Assembly (NCBI RefSeq): GCF_018350175.1
Contig: NC_058377.1
Coordinates: 109,926,001 to 109,990,000, forward strand
Reading direction: 5' to 3'
Length of the DNA stretch: 64,000 bases
Source: Felis catus
Taxonomy: Eukaryota
Position 1 is the stretch's first letter; each line of letters opens with the position of its first letter. Shown in pieces: positions 22,801-33,630 of this stretch. The notes below the pieces were generated by a model. That model saw only the letters and a program-made list of their open reading frames with translations. It was not told the DNA's origin and did no database searches. Both the position numbers and the translations under genes were made by a program.

Positions 22801-25720
22801 GGCCTGCGACTTCTCCAAGAAGAAGCCCCACGCCAGCGTGTGAGTGCCCGGCCCCCCACTCTCCCCTCCCGCACCCTCCGCCAGACCCTCTCATGGCCTC
22901 CTTGCTCCCACAGGGGCACCCACGGGTACATGGCCCCTGAGGTCCTGCAGAAGGGCGTGGCCTACGATAGCAGCGCTGACTGGTTCTCCCTGGGCTGCAT
23001 GCTTTTCAAGTTGCTGCGGGGGTGAGTGGGCCCTCCCCGGCCGGCGGGCGGGACGGGACAGGGAAGAGCTCATCCCTAGTCCAGGTAGGTGTCTAGGGGA
23101 GGGGGGCTACGGCTGCCTGGGTGTTGGGGCGGCACCATCCCTGGCTTTGGATGAGGATCGTTGTCGCTCCCTGCCTCGGTTTCCCCGTTCCTATCCTCTG
23201 ACCTTGTGCTTCTTGCCCAGGCACAGCCCCTTTCGGCAGCACAAGACCAAAGATAAGCACGAGATTGACCGCATGACATTGACAATGGTGAGTGTGGGGA
23301 GGCTGGGTGGAGTCCATGGGGGGCGGTCACCGTGGGGATGGGGTCTCCTGTGCGTGTCAGGGTCGTGGATTCTTGGTTCTCACCAAATAACAACAAACTT
23401 GGGCCACTCATCCTTACTCTGGCCTCCTGCCCCAGAGGCTGCCCATCCCTGTGTTGTCAGAACAAATGTGCCCGCTGGGGGCAAATGAGGAAGCTGGGCC
23501 CTGTCTTTCCCTATGCCGGGGGCCAGGTCCCATCCTCGGACCCTGCCAGTGTCCACTCCTCCCCGCAGGCTGTGGAGCTGCCCGACTCCTTCTCCCCCGA
23601 GCTCCGTTCCTTGCTGGAGGGGCTGCTGCAGAGGGATGTCAACCGGAGACTGGGCTGCCTGGGTCGAGGGTGAGTGCCCGGGACCAGGGCCAACCGTCCC
23701 AGGCCCTCCCTCCCTGCCAGGCCCTGGGTATTTGGGCATGCTGCTAGGCTAGCCTGAGGATGAGGGCTGTGTCCCGTCACTGGAGCCCCCTCCTGGTGCC
23801 AGCCTCTTTTGAGGGGTTCACGGGGTTGCGAGATGGCCAGCCCCATCCAGTGTTCTCAGGGGACGGGGCTGCCTGGCGCACAGCTGCCGGAGCTGCTGGG
23901 GGACCGGCTTCCAGAAGGGCCCCTGTAACAAACGTGGCGATGATAATGATGATGGCAACAGCTTTTTGTGTTTGTTAAGCATTTACCAAGTTGTTGGGCA
24001 CGATGTCGCAAGACTTACAAATGTGAAAACTCCCAACGGCCCTATGATGTGGGAACCGTTCTCCCCATTTTAGAGATGAGGAAACAGGCTGAGGTTTAAG
24101 GAACCTTCCCGGGGTGGCAGAGCCAGAGAACGGCGGCAGCAGGAGTTAGCCTGGGCCACCTGCTCCGGCGCCCGGGCTTCGCCCCCGCCTGATGACCCAC
24201 ATCTCCCCACAGGGCCCAGGAGGTAAAGGAGAGCCCCTTCTTCCGCTCCTTGGACTGGCAGATGGTCTTCTTGCAGAAGGTACCAGCCTGGGGCAGGGCC
24301 GGGCGGGCGCCCTGTAGCCCCTGCCTGGTGCTGATGCCCGGCCTGTGCTCTGCTGCAGTACCCTCCCCCGCTGATCCCCCCTCGAGGGGAGGTGAACGCT
24401 GCTGACGCCTTCGACATTGGCTCCTTTGACGAGGAGGACACAAAAGGAATCAAGGTACCGGGCCTGCCCTGGCCTCTCACGTGAGCCCTGATCCTGGCCT
24501 GCAGGGCTCTGTCAGCCGCTGGGCCTCAGGCTCCTCCTCCCCAAACGTGCCTGGGAGGGTGGGGGGGGGCCGTGTGAGACCAGACCCCCTCCCGCCTGGG
24601 AGCCCTGGGGCTGGGCAGGCCTGTGGCTGATGGATGGATGTCCCTGCCCTGTCTACTCGCTGAAGTTGCTGGACAGTGACCAGGAACTCTACCGCAACTT
24701 CCCCCTCACCATCTCGGAGCGGTGGCAGCAGGAGGTGGCCGAGACGGTCTTCGACACCATCAATGCCGAGACTGACCGGCTGGAGGCCCGCAAGAAAACC
24801 AAAAACAAGCAGTTGGGCCACGAGGAAGGTGAGGGTTCGTAGCTGCCGTGGGCACCCACTGGGCAGTTTGGAGATGAGAAATCGGCTCAGGTCTCGGGAA
24901 GCCACCGAGGTCACTGGGAGGCCGAAGCAAGGATCCGGGCGGGCCTGGCTGAGCGCGCCTCTCACTCTCTCGCGGCAGACTATGCCCTGGGCAAGGACTG
25001 CATCATGCATGGCTACATGTCCAAGATGGGCAACCCCTTCCTGACGCAGTGGCAGAGGCGGTACTTCTACTTGTTTCCCAACCGGCTGGAGTGGCGGGGC
25101 GAGGGCGAGGCCCCGGTAAGGAGCGGGCTGGTGCCCGCGGGTGCCGGAGGCGGGGTGAGTGCCCGGGCCGTCAGCCCGCGCCGCGGCCTCACCGCCCCCT
25201 CCCGCCCGCCCTGCAGCAGAGCCTGCTGACCATGGAGGAGATCCAGTCTGTGGAGGAGACGCAGATCAAGGAGCGGAAGTGCCTCCTTCTCAAGATCCGC
25301 GGCGGCAAACAGTTTGTGCTGCAGTGCGACGTGAGTGGGGCCAGGGGCCGGCGGCGGGTGGGGCGGGCTGGGAAGGGAGCCTCGGGCACCCAGGCACGCC
25401 CCCCCCCCCCCCCCCGGTCTGACGGCCCCGGGNNNNNNNNNNNNNNNNNNNNNNNNNNNNNNNNNNNNNNNNNNNNNNNNNNNNNNNNNNNNNNNNNNNN
25501 NNNNNNNNNNNNNNNNNNNNNNNNNNNNNNNNNNNNNNNNNNNNNNNNNNNNNNNNNNNNNNNNNNNNNNNNNNNNNNNNNNNNNNNNNNNNNNNNNNNN
25601 NNNNNNNNNNNNNNNNNNNNNNNNNNNNNNNNNNNNNNNNNNNNNNNNNNNNNNNNNNNNNNNNNNNNNNNNNNNNNNNNNNNNNNNNNNNNNNNNNNNN
25701 NNNNNNNNNNNNNNNNNNNN
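7534..25720 (+). CDS. GRK2: G protein-coupled receptor kinase 2 (beta-adrenergic receptor kinase 1), 21 coding exons; both ends lie in N-gaps so start and end are estimates
   Basis: Visible exons with GT-AG boundaries, in continuous frame: end of exon 1 at 7639-7646 (GAACCCAG|gtgagg), 17888-17964, 19730-19803, 19916-20017, 20140-20214, 20340-20401, 21132-21183, 21459-21550, 21962-22061, 22156-22234, 22324-22454, 22745-22839, 22914-23021, 23221-23287, 23569-23669, 24213-24279, 24359-24454, 24666-24828, 24979-25115, 25217-25330. The translation gives an RH domain, a kinase domain ([35 protein letters not shown]) and a PH domain. The start at 7534 is back-calculated from the known 113-nt first coding exon. 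The last exon (54 codons + stop, if 689 aa as in other mammals) must lie in gap 25433-25720. Confidence 0.98.
13719..14012 (-). mobile_element. Can-SINE in GRK2 intron 1 with internal (CA)n at 13801-13845
   Basis: Reverse-complement SINE head ...ctgagccacccaggcgcccc and a poly-T tail. Confidence 0.9.
17205..17640 (-). mobile_element. Old L1 (L1M-type) 3' fragment
   Basis: Typical antisense L1M 3'-UTR wording (ataattcacataacataaaattc, ttccagaacatttccatcacccc, ctctgtagatttgcctgttctggacat). Confidence 0.7.
23965..24130 (-). mobile_element. MIR fragment in GRK2 intron 15
   Basis: Core ccccattttagagatgaggaaacaggct typical of MIR; similar MIR pieces at ~660-750, 8860-8930, 40120-40260, 52150-52270 and 53470-53820. 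Confidence 0.65.
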
Positions 25721-26727
25721 CTGGCCCAGCCCCCAGGGGGGGCCCGCTTGCCTTGGCTCCTGCTGCCACCGACCCAGCCACTGTCCGGCCGCCCTCAGCC
25801 CCGACCCTCCAGGGGCCTCCCCTCCCAGTGTCTTCCTGTGGGTGGGAGCAGGGGGCGGGCGGGGGGGGGGGGGGAGCAGCAGCCCCTGCAGCCCTCCTGG
25901 CCCTTCTCCAGGGACGATGCCGCACCGCGTTGTGTCCCCTCAGGCTCTGTGCCCGCAGCACAGCGGGGTGGCCCAGCGTCCCCCACCCCAGGGGAGGCCG
26001 CGGCACAGGGATACTACTTGAATTTTCCCACCGAAGCCCCTCCTGTGACAGGGGCACAGTCCTGCACTGTCCTGTCCTCCAGCCAGTCGGTGGAGGAGGG
26101 GCCCATTATCTCCCTGACCCCAGGGCCCGGCCACAGTGACTCGAGCTCTTGTGCCCCTGCCCAGGAAGAGCCCCTGTATCACTGGCCGCCTCCATTCCCA
26201 CATTCCCTGGACACTGAGGGACTCTGGCATTGGCAGCAGGTGCGGCTGCCCTCCCTGCGGTCCCCCCTCCCTCCCCCGCCGAGCATCCGGGCTCAGGGAC
26301 CACAGAAAGGCAGCTGTGGGTTGTGTCACACTGGCCTAGCCTGGCCCTGAGGTCCCCCGCCCCCCCCCCCCCGGGCTGGGCGAGGCCTCATCTGCCTGGG
26401 ACCATAGGTGACCAGCCTTGACGGGCCGGGCAGCACAGTGAGAGGGGCCAGGCGGGGCCAGCCCTCGCCACCCTGGGCTGGTCAGTGTGCGCCCCCCCCC
26501 GGCTGTCCAGCCCCATAGCCCCACGTCCCGTCAGTGCCACTGCCCACAGGGCGCCACCCCGCCCGCCGCATGCCCCCTTGTGCCAGTCGCGCTGCCGTGT
26601 GTGGTGTCGCGCCCCCTCCCCCTGGGGCTGGGTTGGTGCACCCTCCCTTCCCATCTACTCCCGGGGGCGCTCCTTTGCCGATTTTTGAATGTGATTTTAA
26701 AGAGTGGAAAATGAGACTATGCGTTTT

Positions 26728-26733
26728 TATAAA
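26728..26733 (+). terminator. Probable GRK2 polyadenylation signal (variant TATAAA)
   Basis: Lies in the only AT-rich island downstream of the gene (26680-26740) and is followed by a GU/U-rich stretch (gtgtccgattcttttgtg); no AATAAA nearby. Confidence 0.5.
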
Positions 26734-28939
26734 AAATGGTGCCTGACTTGACCGTGTCCGATTCTTTTGTGCCCAGTGACCATTTTCAGCCACCGCTGGG
26801 CTAGGGCCTGAGGAGAGAGGGTATTGGTGGTGCCGGGTCCCCTCTGCTGCCACAGCGGGCATCCAGGCCAGCCTGCCTTGGCCCAATCCCTCCCCGGGGT
26901 AGGGCGGGGGGCTCCACGCCTCCTCTCCCGCCCCACCGGCTCATCCTCCCACACAAGGGGAAGCAGGAAGAGGGGCTTGGTGTCACATTTGGACTGATCG
27001 GCCAAGCACCTCAGCTCGCCAGGCATTGTGCTGAGGACACCCTTCGGGCAGTCAGGCACCTCTGCCCTTGGGGTCACGCAGTAGCCTCTGGGCCCTTGGA
27101 CCGCTCTGGCTTTGGCCTCCCCTCTCGCCCTGCTGTGCAGCCCCCCCAGTAGGGGTTCCTGCGGCCTGAGGGATCCCCCAGCACTTGGTCTCTACCCGGA
27201 GGCTCTGCTCAACCTCATTTTCCCCACATACTTGCCCTACAGGCCCATGTGGTGATGCTAGTTGCTGCCCCTTCCGTGCTGGACTCTGCTGGGCGGGGCT
27301 GAGGGGCCCACAGCCAGAGCACAGCACGGCAGGTGGAGAAGGAAGGCTGCTGGGGGTAGAGGCTGAGACTTGGGAGGGAAAGGCCTTTGAGCTAGGCCTG
27401 CAGCACTGGGGTGGGGCGTTGGGGAGGATGTTCCTGATGGAGGAAACGGCCAGGCAGTCAGGAGTGCCTCAGGTTGGTAGGAGCACTGTGGGAAGGAGCC
27501 AGCCCGGGAGGCCCTGAACGCTGGGCTAATCCTGGCCCAGAGCCCAGCGTGCACTTAGTGATGAAGTTGGAAATGGATGTGGGGTCTGAACTTGGCTAGG
27601 ACTCTGGGAAGTCCCTTGAAGGCTCTGGACAAGCTGCATGATGAGGGCCGGCTGTAGAATAAGTCACTGATTTCCCAGCACATGATGCATGGAGGGAGGC
27701 AAAGGATAGGAGGCAGGGAGGCCAGATGGGAAGAACATTGCCCACCAGGAATGGGCTGCACCTGGGGACAAGAGAGAGGTAGGAGTCTGAAAGGGCACAC
27801 AGGGAGGTCTGGGGCATGCTCAGCCTTACAACAGGCAGTGAGTGCAGCCTGGGGAAAGAGGGTGAATGTGACCAGATCTGGTTTTAGTCATGCTAATGGG
27901 ATAGCATGGGACACCAGGCATAGAGATGTCCCATGAGAGTCCCATGATGACTGATGAAATGCAGTCCTCGGGGTGGCATCAGGGTCATTAGAAACAGGCT
28001 TTCAGGCAGGGAGAAAGAAGCCTGACTTGGGGGTTGAGAGGGACAAGGGGTCCTGGAAAAGGGTTGAGAAGACAATGGAATCAGGATTCACAGGCTGGTG
28101 GGGAGTTGTGTTCAAGACTGCAGAAATCAGGAGAGGCTGGGCCTGAGAAGTGCTGTTAGGTTTGGGTTGAAAAGGTTGGGAAAGGGAGGAGCCCCTTTCA
28201 AAAAAGGTGGAGGTGAGAGAGGGCGGCAGCGGGGTGGCCAGCAGGGCCTGATGTAGAGTTCCGGACCTTCAGACGCCTTTGAACTGCTAGAGAACCAAGG
28301 ACATCACGGTGACCCGACAATACCACAGGGTGGGGTGGCAAAGTGATCCCAGATAGCACAGGAGTCACCTGGCCCCAATGAGAGGGCAGGGTGAAAATGG
28401 CAACCTGACCCTCCCAGCCCAGAGATTCAGCTCAAACTTCTAGGTTAAAATACGTAGTCAGTCATTTTACAAACCGGGAGACTGAGACCAGAGGATCAGC
28501 CTCGGCCAAGCCTGGCGGCTGCCTCATCACCCACCAACACGAGACCCCAGGCTAAGTCTAGGGTAACAGTGCCAGAGTTCAGGCAGCTAGCTGAGGCCTG
28601 CACCCTAGTTCCGGTGTGGGTTGAGGGACCGGCCCTGATTTCGAAACTCTCCTTCCTTTCCTGACACTGGCAGCCAAGTGCAGCCTCTGCAAAAGGGATC
28701 TGTGCGGTGGGCGAAGGCAGCCATTTACGGTGGGCAGTCCACCAGGAGAGGCCTGACTCCAGCCAGGCCCACTGCCCCCGCTCCCCAGTACTCTCATCCC
28801 TGGCTGCGGTGCCCCCGCGGGGCGTCTCCCCGCATGGCTGGGCCCAGCCCATGGTGTGGCGACCACTGAACACTGGCCTAGGTCCCTGGGGAAGGTGCTT
28901 TACGCTAAGCCGGCCAGCAGTTAGGGACATCTCGGAGGC

Positions 28940-29950
28940 CCAGCTCACCCGCCCTTACAGGCACAGTCGGTACCCGCGGCGGGTAGGGAAACCCGGGAAC
29001 GGGCGGGCGGCAGCGGGAGTAACGCGGATAACCCAAGGACAGGAGGACCACTGCCCGCTGAGCACGCACGCGCACATCCGTGCGCACGTCCCGGGGGCCC
29101 AAGCTCCGCCCCTGATTGAACCGCCCCGCCCCCGGACTCCCTCCTTCCTTTTCCGGACCCGCAACCCGGGTCTGAGCTGGACCTGGGGCGCCCCCTGCAG
29201 GCTGAGGGCGGAGCCGTAGTCAGGCCCAGCCCGCCAGCCCGCCCCTCGCAGACCCAGGCCCGGCTGAGGCCAGGGTCCCGCAGACGCGGGCCCCGGCTCC
29301 TTCCCCGGCGCGCGCGGCTGCCAAGGCGACTGGGCAGCGCCCCCCCCCCCGCCGGCCCCCCGCGCGCGCGCGGGCCCGGCTGCGGTCGCCATGGCTGCGG
29401 GAGGCAAGGGGTCGCGCGGCCCGACGCCCCGCCCCGCCCGCGCGAGCCCCGCCCGCGCGGCCCGCCCTCCACGCCGCCAGCGCCGTAGCCGCCGCTGCCG
29501 CTACAGCCGCGGGGCGCGGGGGCTGCGGTGGGCGCAACTCCGCGCGGCGCGGACTGGAGGCGAGGGGGCCGCGCCAGGCCCGAAGCCGAGGCGGGGCTGG
29601 GCCGCCCCCGCCGCGCCCGCCCTCCCTCCCGGGATGCGGTGCTGAAGCCCAGCATGGCCGGCCCGGGCCCCACCTTCCCGCTGCACCGGCTCGTCTGGGC
29701 GAACCGGCACCGCGAACTGGAGGCCGCGCTCCACAGCCGCCAGGTGAGGCCCACCGGGCACCCGGGCCGTCCTCCGGGCCGCCCACCCAAAGCCAGGTCT
29801 CCGTCCTGGAGGCCGCCAGGCCTGATCCGAAGCCCGGGTCACCTGCCCCTCTCGCTTGAGCCACTGGCCTCCGCTTCCAGCGCTGGGCCTTGCCCGGCCC
29901 GTCACCCCGCTTCACGTTGCATCCAGCCCCCGAATTCGCGCCACACCACC
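28940..29950 (+). promoter_or_regulatory. ANKRD13D CpG-island promoter
   Basis: CpG-dense region with GC boxes surrounding exon 1; reverse CTCF-like motif at 29188-29201. Confidence 0.85.
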
Positions 29951-32900
29951 CCTGAGCCAGGCCGAGAGCCAGCAGCCTGGTTCTGGCCCCCAGCTCTTCC
30001 CACCTGCCCCCTCCCCCTTCCTATTAGGACACGCAGGCCATCCTCTGCCATTTCCATGGTCTGTCTGCTCTCTTTATTTCCCACAATGACTCCCGACCAG
30101 GTTCAGCCTAGTGGCCTTCTTGCTTCTCCTTACTTGCCCTGTGCTGAGTGTCCCATCTCTCCCAGCACGACATTGAACAGGAGGACCCCCGGGGGCGCAC
30201 TCCCCTGGAGCTGGCTGTGTCCCTGGGGAACCTGGAGTCCGTGAGAGTGCTCCTTCGACACAATGCCAATGTGGGCAAAGAGAGCTGCCAGGGCTGGGCA
30301 GGTACTACAGAGGGCAGAGGGGCTCCCCCGAGGCTGGCAGTGGGGTTGGTGCGGCAGCGAGTGGTCAGGCCTGGGGCCGTTGGTGAGCTCCCCCCCCCCA
30401 GCAGCCCGGTGCCCCTAGTCCTGCAGGAGGCGGTCAGCACTGGGGACCCGGAGATGGTGCAGCTGGTGCTCCAGTACCGGGACTACCAGAGGGCCACACA
30501 GAGGCTGGCTGGCATTCCAGAATTGCTCAGCAAGCTCCGCCAGGTACAGCAGGGTGCACAGGTGTGGCCGGTAGGGAGGGGTAGGGTGCCACGTCAAGGG
30601 GCCATGACGGACTACACGGGGGTCCCTCGGGTCACCTACTCGGTCCGTGCAGCCTGTTTTCCCAACGCTGTAGACGACATCCCTCTCTCTGGACTGCAGC
30701 CCGGGGTTGTGTAGGAAAGACAGGAGTCCAGGCCCACACGGGTGACATCAGGCCCTGTGGGAGGAAAGCCGTGGCCAACGACATCCCGGGTCCCTCATAC
30801 CAGAAGTCTCTGCAGAGCTTTAGATGTGGGCCTCCTGGTGAATGCATATATCCTGGAGGGAGAGTTTCATCTGACCAGCGGGTGTGGCCTGGTACCCCGG
30901 AGTACCTGTCCGCCCTCCTCAAGCATGAAGAAGCCTGGCTGGGAGGGCACCCTACCTCGTGACCCCCGCCCCAGGGGCAGGCCCAGATCAGTGATGAGGA
31001 CTCTGGGACCCAGGGGGAGCAGAAGTTCCCCCAGGGCCCCTCAGCAGGCTAGTGGCCAGGTGGAGACTGACCTCCAGGTCCCAGATACTTACCATCTGAT
31101 TATTCCAGGACCTTTTTAGGGCCCCACTTAGCCCACCCTTTGCTGGGTGGGGTTTGGTTGTGGTGGGGGCATATCTGGGACATAGCAGCACTTTAAGACT
31201 TGCTGAGGGGCTGGGCTCCCAGAGGGGGCTATAGACAAGGAGCCCCCCAGGCCCGCTGGTCCCCGGCACCAGGCACTCCCTGACAGGTGCTCTGGTCTAT
31301 CTCAGGCCCCCGATTTCTACGTGGAAATGAAGTGGGAGTTCACCAGCTGGGGTGAGTGAGGACCTCTTGGCTTCCCGGGGGCCGGGGAGGGGCGATTTGG
31401 GAAAGAACCCTGGTGACCTCCACACCCCCTGCAGTGCCCCTCGTGTCCAAGATGTGCCCGAGTGACGTGTACCGAGTGTGGAAGCGGGGCGAGAGCCTGC
31501 GGGTGGACACCAGTCTCCTGGGCTTTGAGCACATGACCTGGCAGCGCGGCCGGCGGAGCTTTATCTTCAAGGGCCAGGGTGAGCCGTGGGGGACTCACCG
31601 CGGGCACGCGGCAGGCCAGGGCAGCCCAGGTTCTCCCGTGGCTCGTGAGGACAGTGCCCTTCTTCTCTGCTTCCCAGGTGTAGAAACAGAGGTTGAGGGC
31701 GGAGGGGACCCGGGGGCTGGGGCCTCACCCACTTAGCAGCAGGTGGCTGAGGGCACCGTGGCGGCCCTTTCCCCACTGTCTGCGGCCCAGCACTGACGTG
31801 TCCCCCTCACACACCCGTTCCGGCTGGCAGAGGCGGGAGCCTTGGTGATGGAAGTGGACCACGACCGGCAGGTGGTGCACACCGAGACGCTGGGGCTCGC
31901 CCTGCACGAGCCGGAAGCGCTGCTGGCCGCCATGCGGCCCAGTGAAGAGCACGTGGCCAGCCGTCTCACCTCTCCTATCGTCTCCACCCACCTGGACACT
32001 CGAAATGTGGCCTTCGAGAGGTCAGTTGGAGCCTGGCCACACTGTAGGTGGTGCCCTTGTAGGCTCGGGCCTCTGGGAGGCTGGGCCACCCACAGAGGCT
32101 GCTCAGATGGGGGCGGGGGTCGCTGCGGGCCCAGCGGCTCGCTCAGACCCCCTGTGGCAACCTTCGGGGCCCTGCATGGCTGTCCGTGGGCAGAGGAGGC
32201 TGGGTCAGGGGTCCCCAGCGCCTTCACTTCTGGCCTCACGTGTTTTCCCATAACAACAAGGGTTTAGGCTGTGGCTCAGGGCGCTGTGTGCCCCAGTGTT
32301 GGTTTCTCAGTAGGATGGCTGTTTCTGGGCCAGAGTCCTTTGTGGGTAGTAGCTGAGGAATCTGACCCTACCGGCCCGGCTGTTCTCGCTGACGACGTAT
32401 GTCCCAGTTCCAGGAACAGACTTCAGGACTACCTTAGAAAACAGACAGGCAAACGGCTTAATTGGAATATAGTTTTATACACCATACAGTGCAGCGGTTT
32501 TTAGTGTGTTCACAGATAGGCAACTATCCCCACAGTTGATTTGAGAACACTGTTCTCACCCCAGAAAGAAATTCTTTGGCTACCAACTCCAGTGCCTGGA
32601 GCCCCCGACCTCCTCAGCGCTAGGCAGCCAGTGATGGACTGTCCCTACAGATTTCCTTATCCTGGACTTTCAGATGCATGGAATCCTACACTAGGGCGTC
32701 TTTTGTGACTTCGTTCACCGAGCAGAGTGTTTTCCAAGTTCATCCAGGTTGTAGCGTGTGACCACTTCATTCCTTCTACGGCTGTCCATCGTATGGCTAT
32801 GCCACATTTCGTTTACGGGTTCATCTACTGACAGACAGTAGGATTGCTTCCATCTTTTGCCTGTTATGAATAATGCTCCTGGAAACATCAGTACACGAGT

Positions 32901-33272
32901 TTTTGTGTGGACATAAGCTTTTATTTCTCTCCGGTGTATACCTCGGAGTGGAATTGCCGGGTCACATGGTAACTGGATGTTTAACTGTTTTTTGTTTTTT
33001 TTTTAATTTTTTTTTCAACGTTTATTTATTTTTAGGACAGAGAGAGACAGAGCATGAACGGGGGAGGGGCAGAGAGAGAGGGGGACACAGAATCGGAAAC
33101 AGGCTCCAGGCTCCGAGCCATCAGCCCAGAGCCTGACGCAGGGCTCGAACTCACGGACCGCGAGATCGTGACCTGGCTGAAGTCGGACGCTTAACCGACT
33201 GCGCCACCCAGGCGCCCCTGGATGTTTAACTGTTTGTAGAACTGCCAGACCCTTTACTGAGGGGGCTGCAGC

Positions 33273-33330
<58 letters not shown>

Positions 33331-33576
33331 GTGTATGAGGGTTCTGGTTTCTTCACGTCCTCACCAACACTTGATGTTCGCTTATTTATTTTTGGATTAT
33401 AACCACCGTGGTGGTGNNNNNNNNNNNNNNNNNNNNNNNNNNNNNNNNNNNNNNNNNNNNNNNNNNNNNNNNNNNNNNNNNNNNNNNNNNNNNNNNNNNN
33501 NNNNNNNNNNNNNNNNNNNNNNNNNNNNNNNNNNNNNNNNNNNNNNNNNNNNNNNNNNGGGTTATCTTTCTAAAAA

Positions 33577-33630
<54 letters not shown>

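Noticed and set aside
24280-24358. Mirtron-like hairpin in 79-nt GRK2 intron 16 (GGCCGGGC pairs with GCCCGGCC)
   Set aside because: Short GC-rich introns with G-rich 5' and C-rich 3' ends pair by chance; the stem does not extend cleanly to both splice sites and there are no small-RNA data.
25049-26350. 433-aa ORF at the GRK2 3' end suggesting an extended C-terminus
   Set aside because: Artefact of reading through the 288-N gap that hides the real stop codon.
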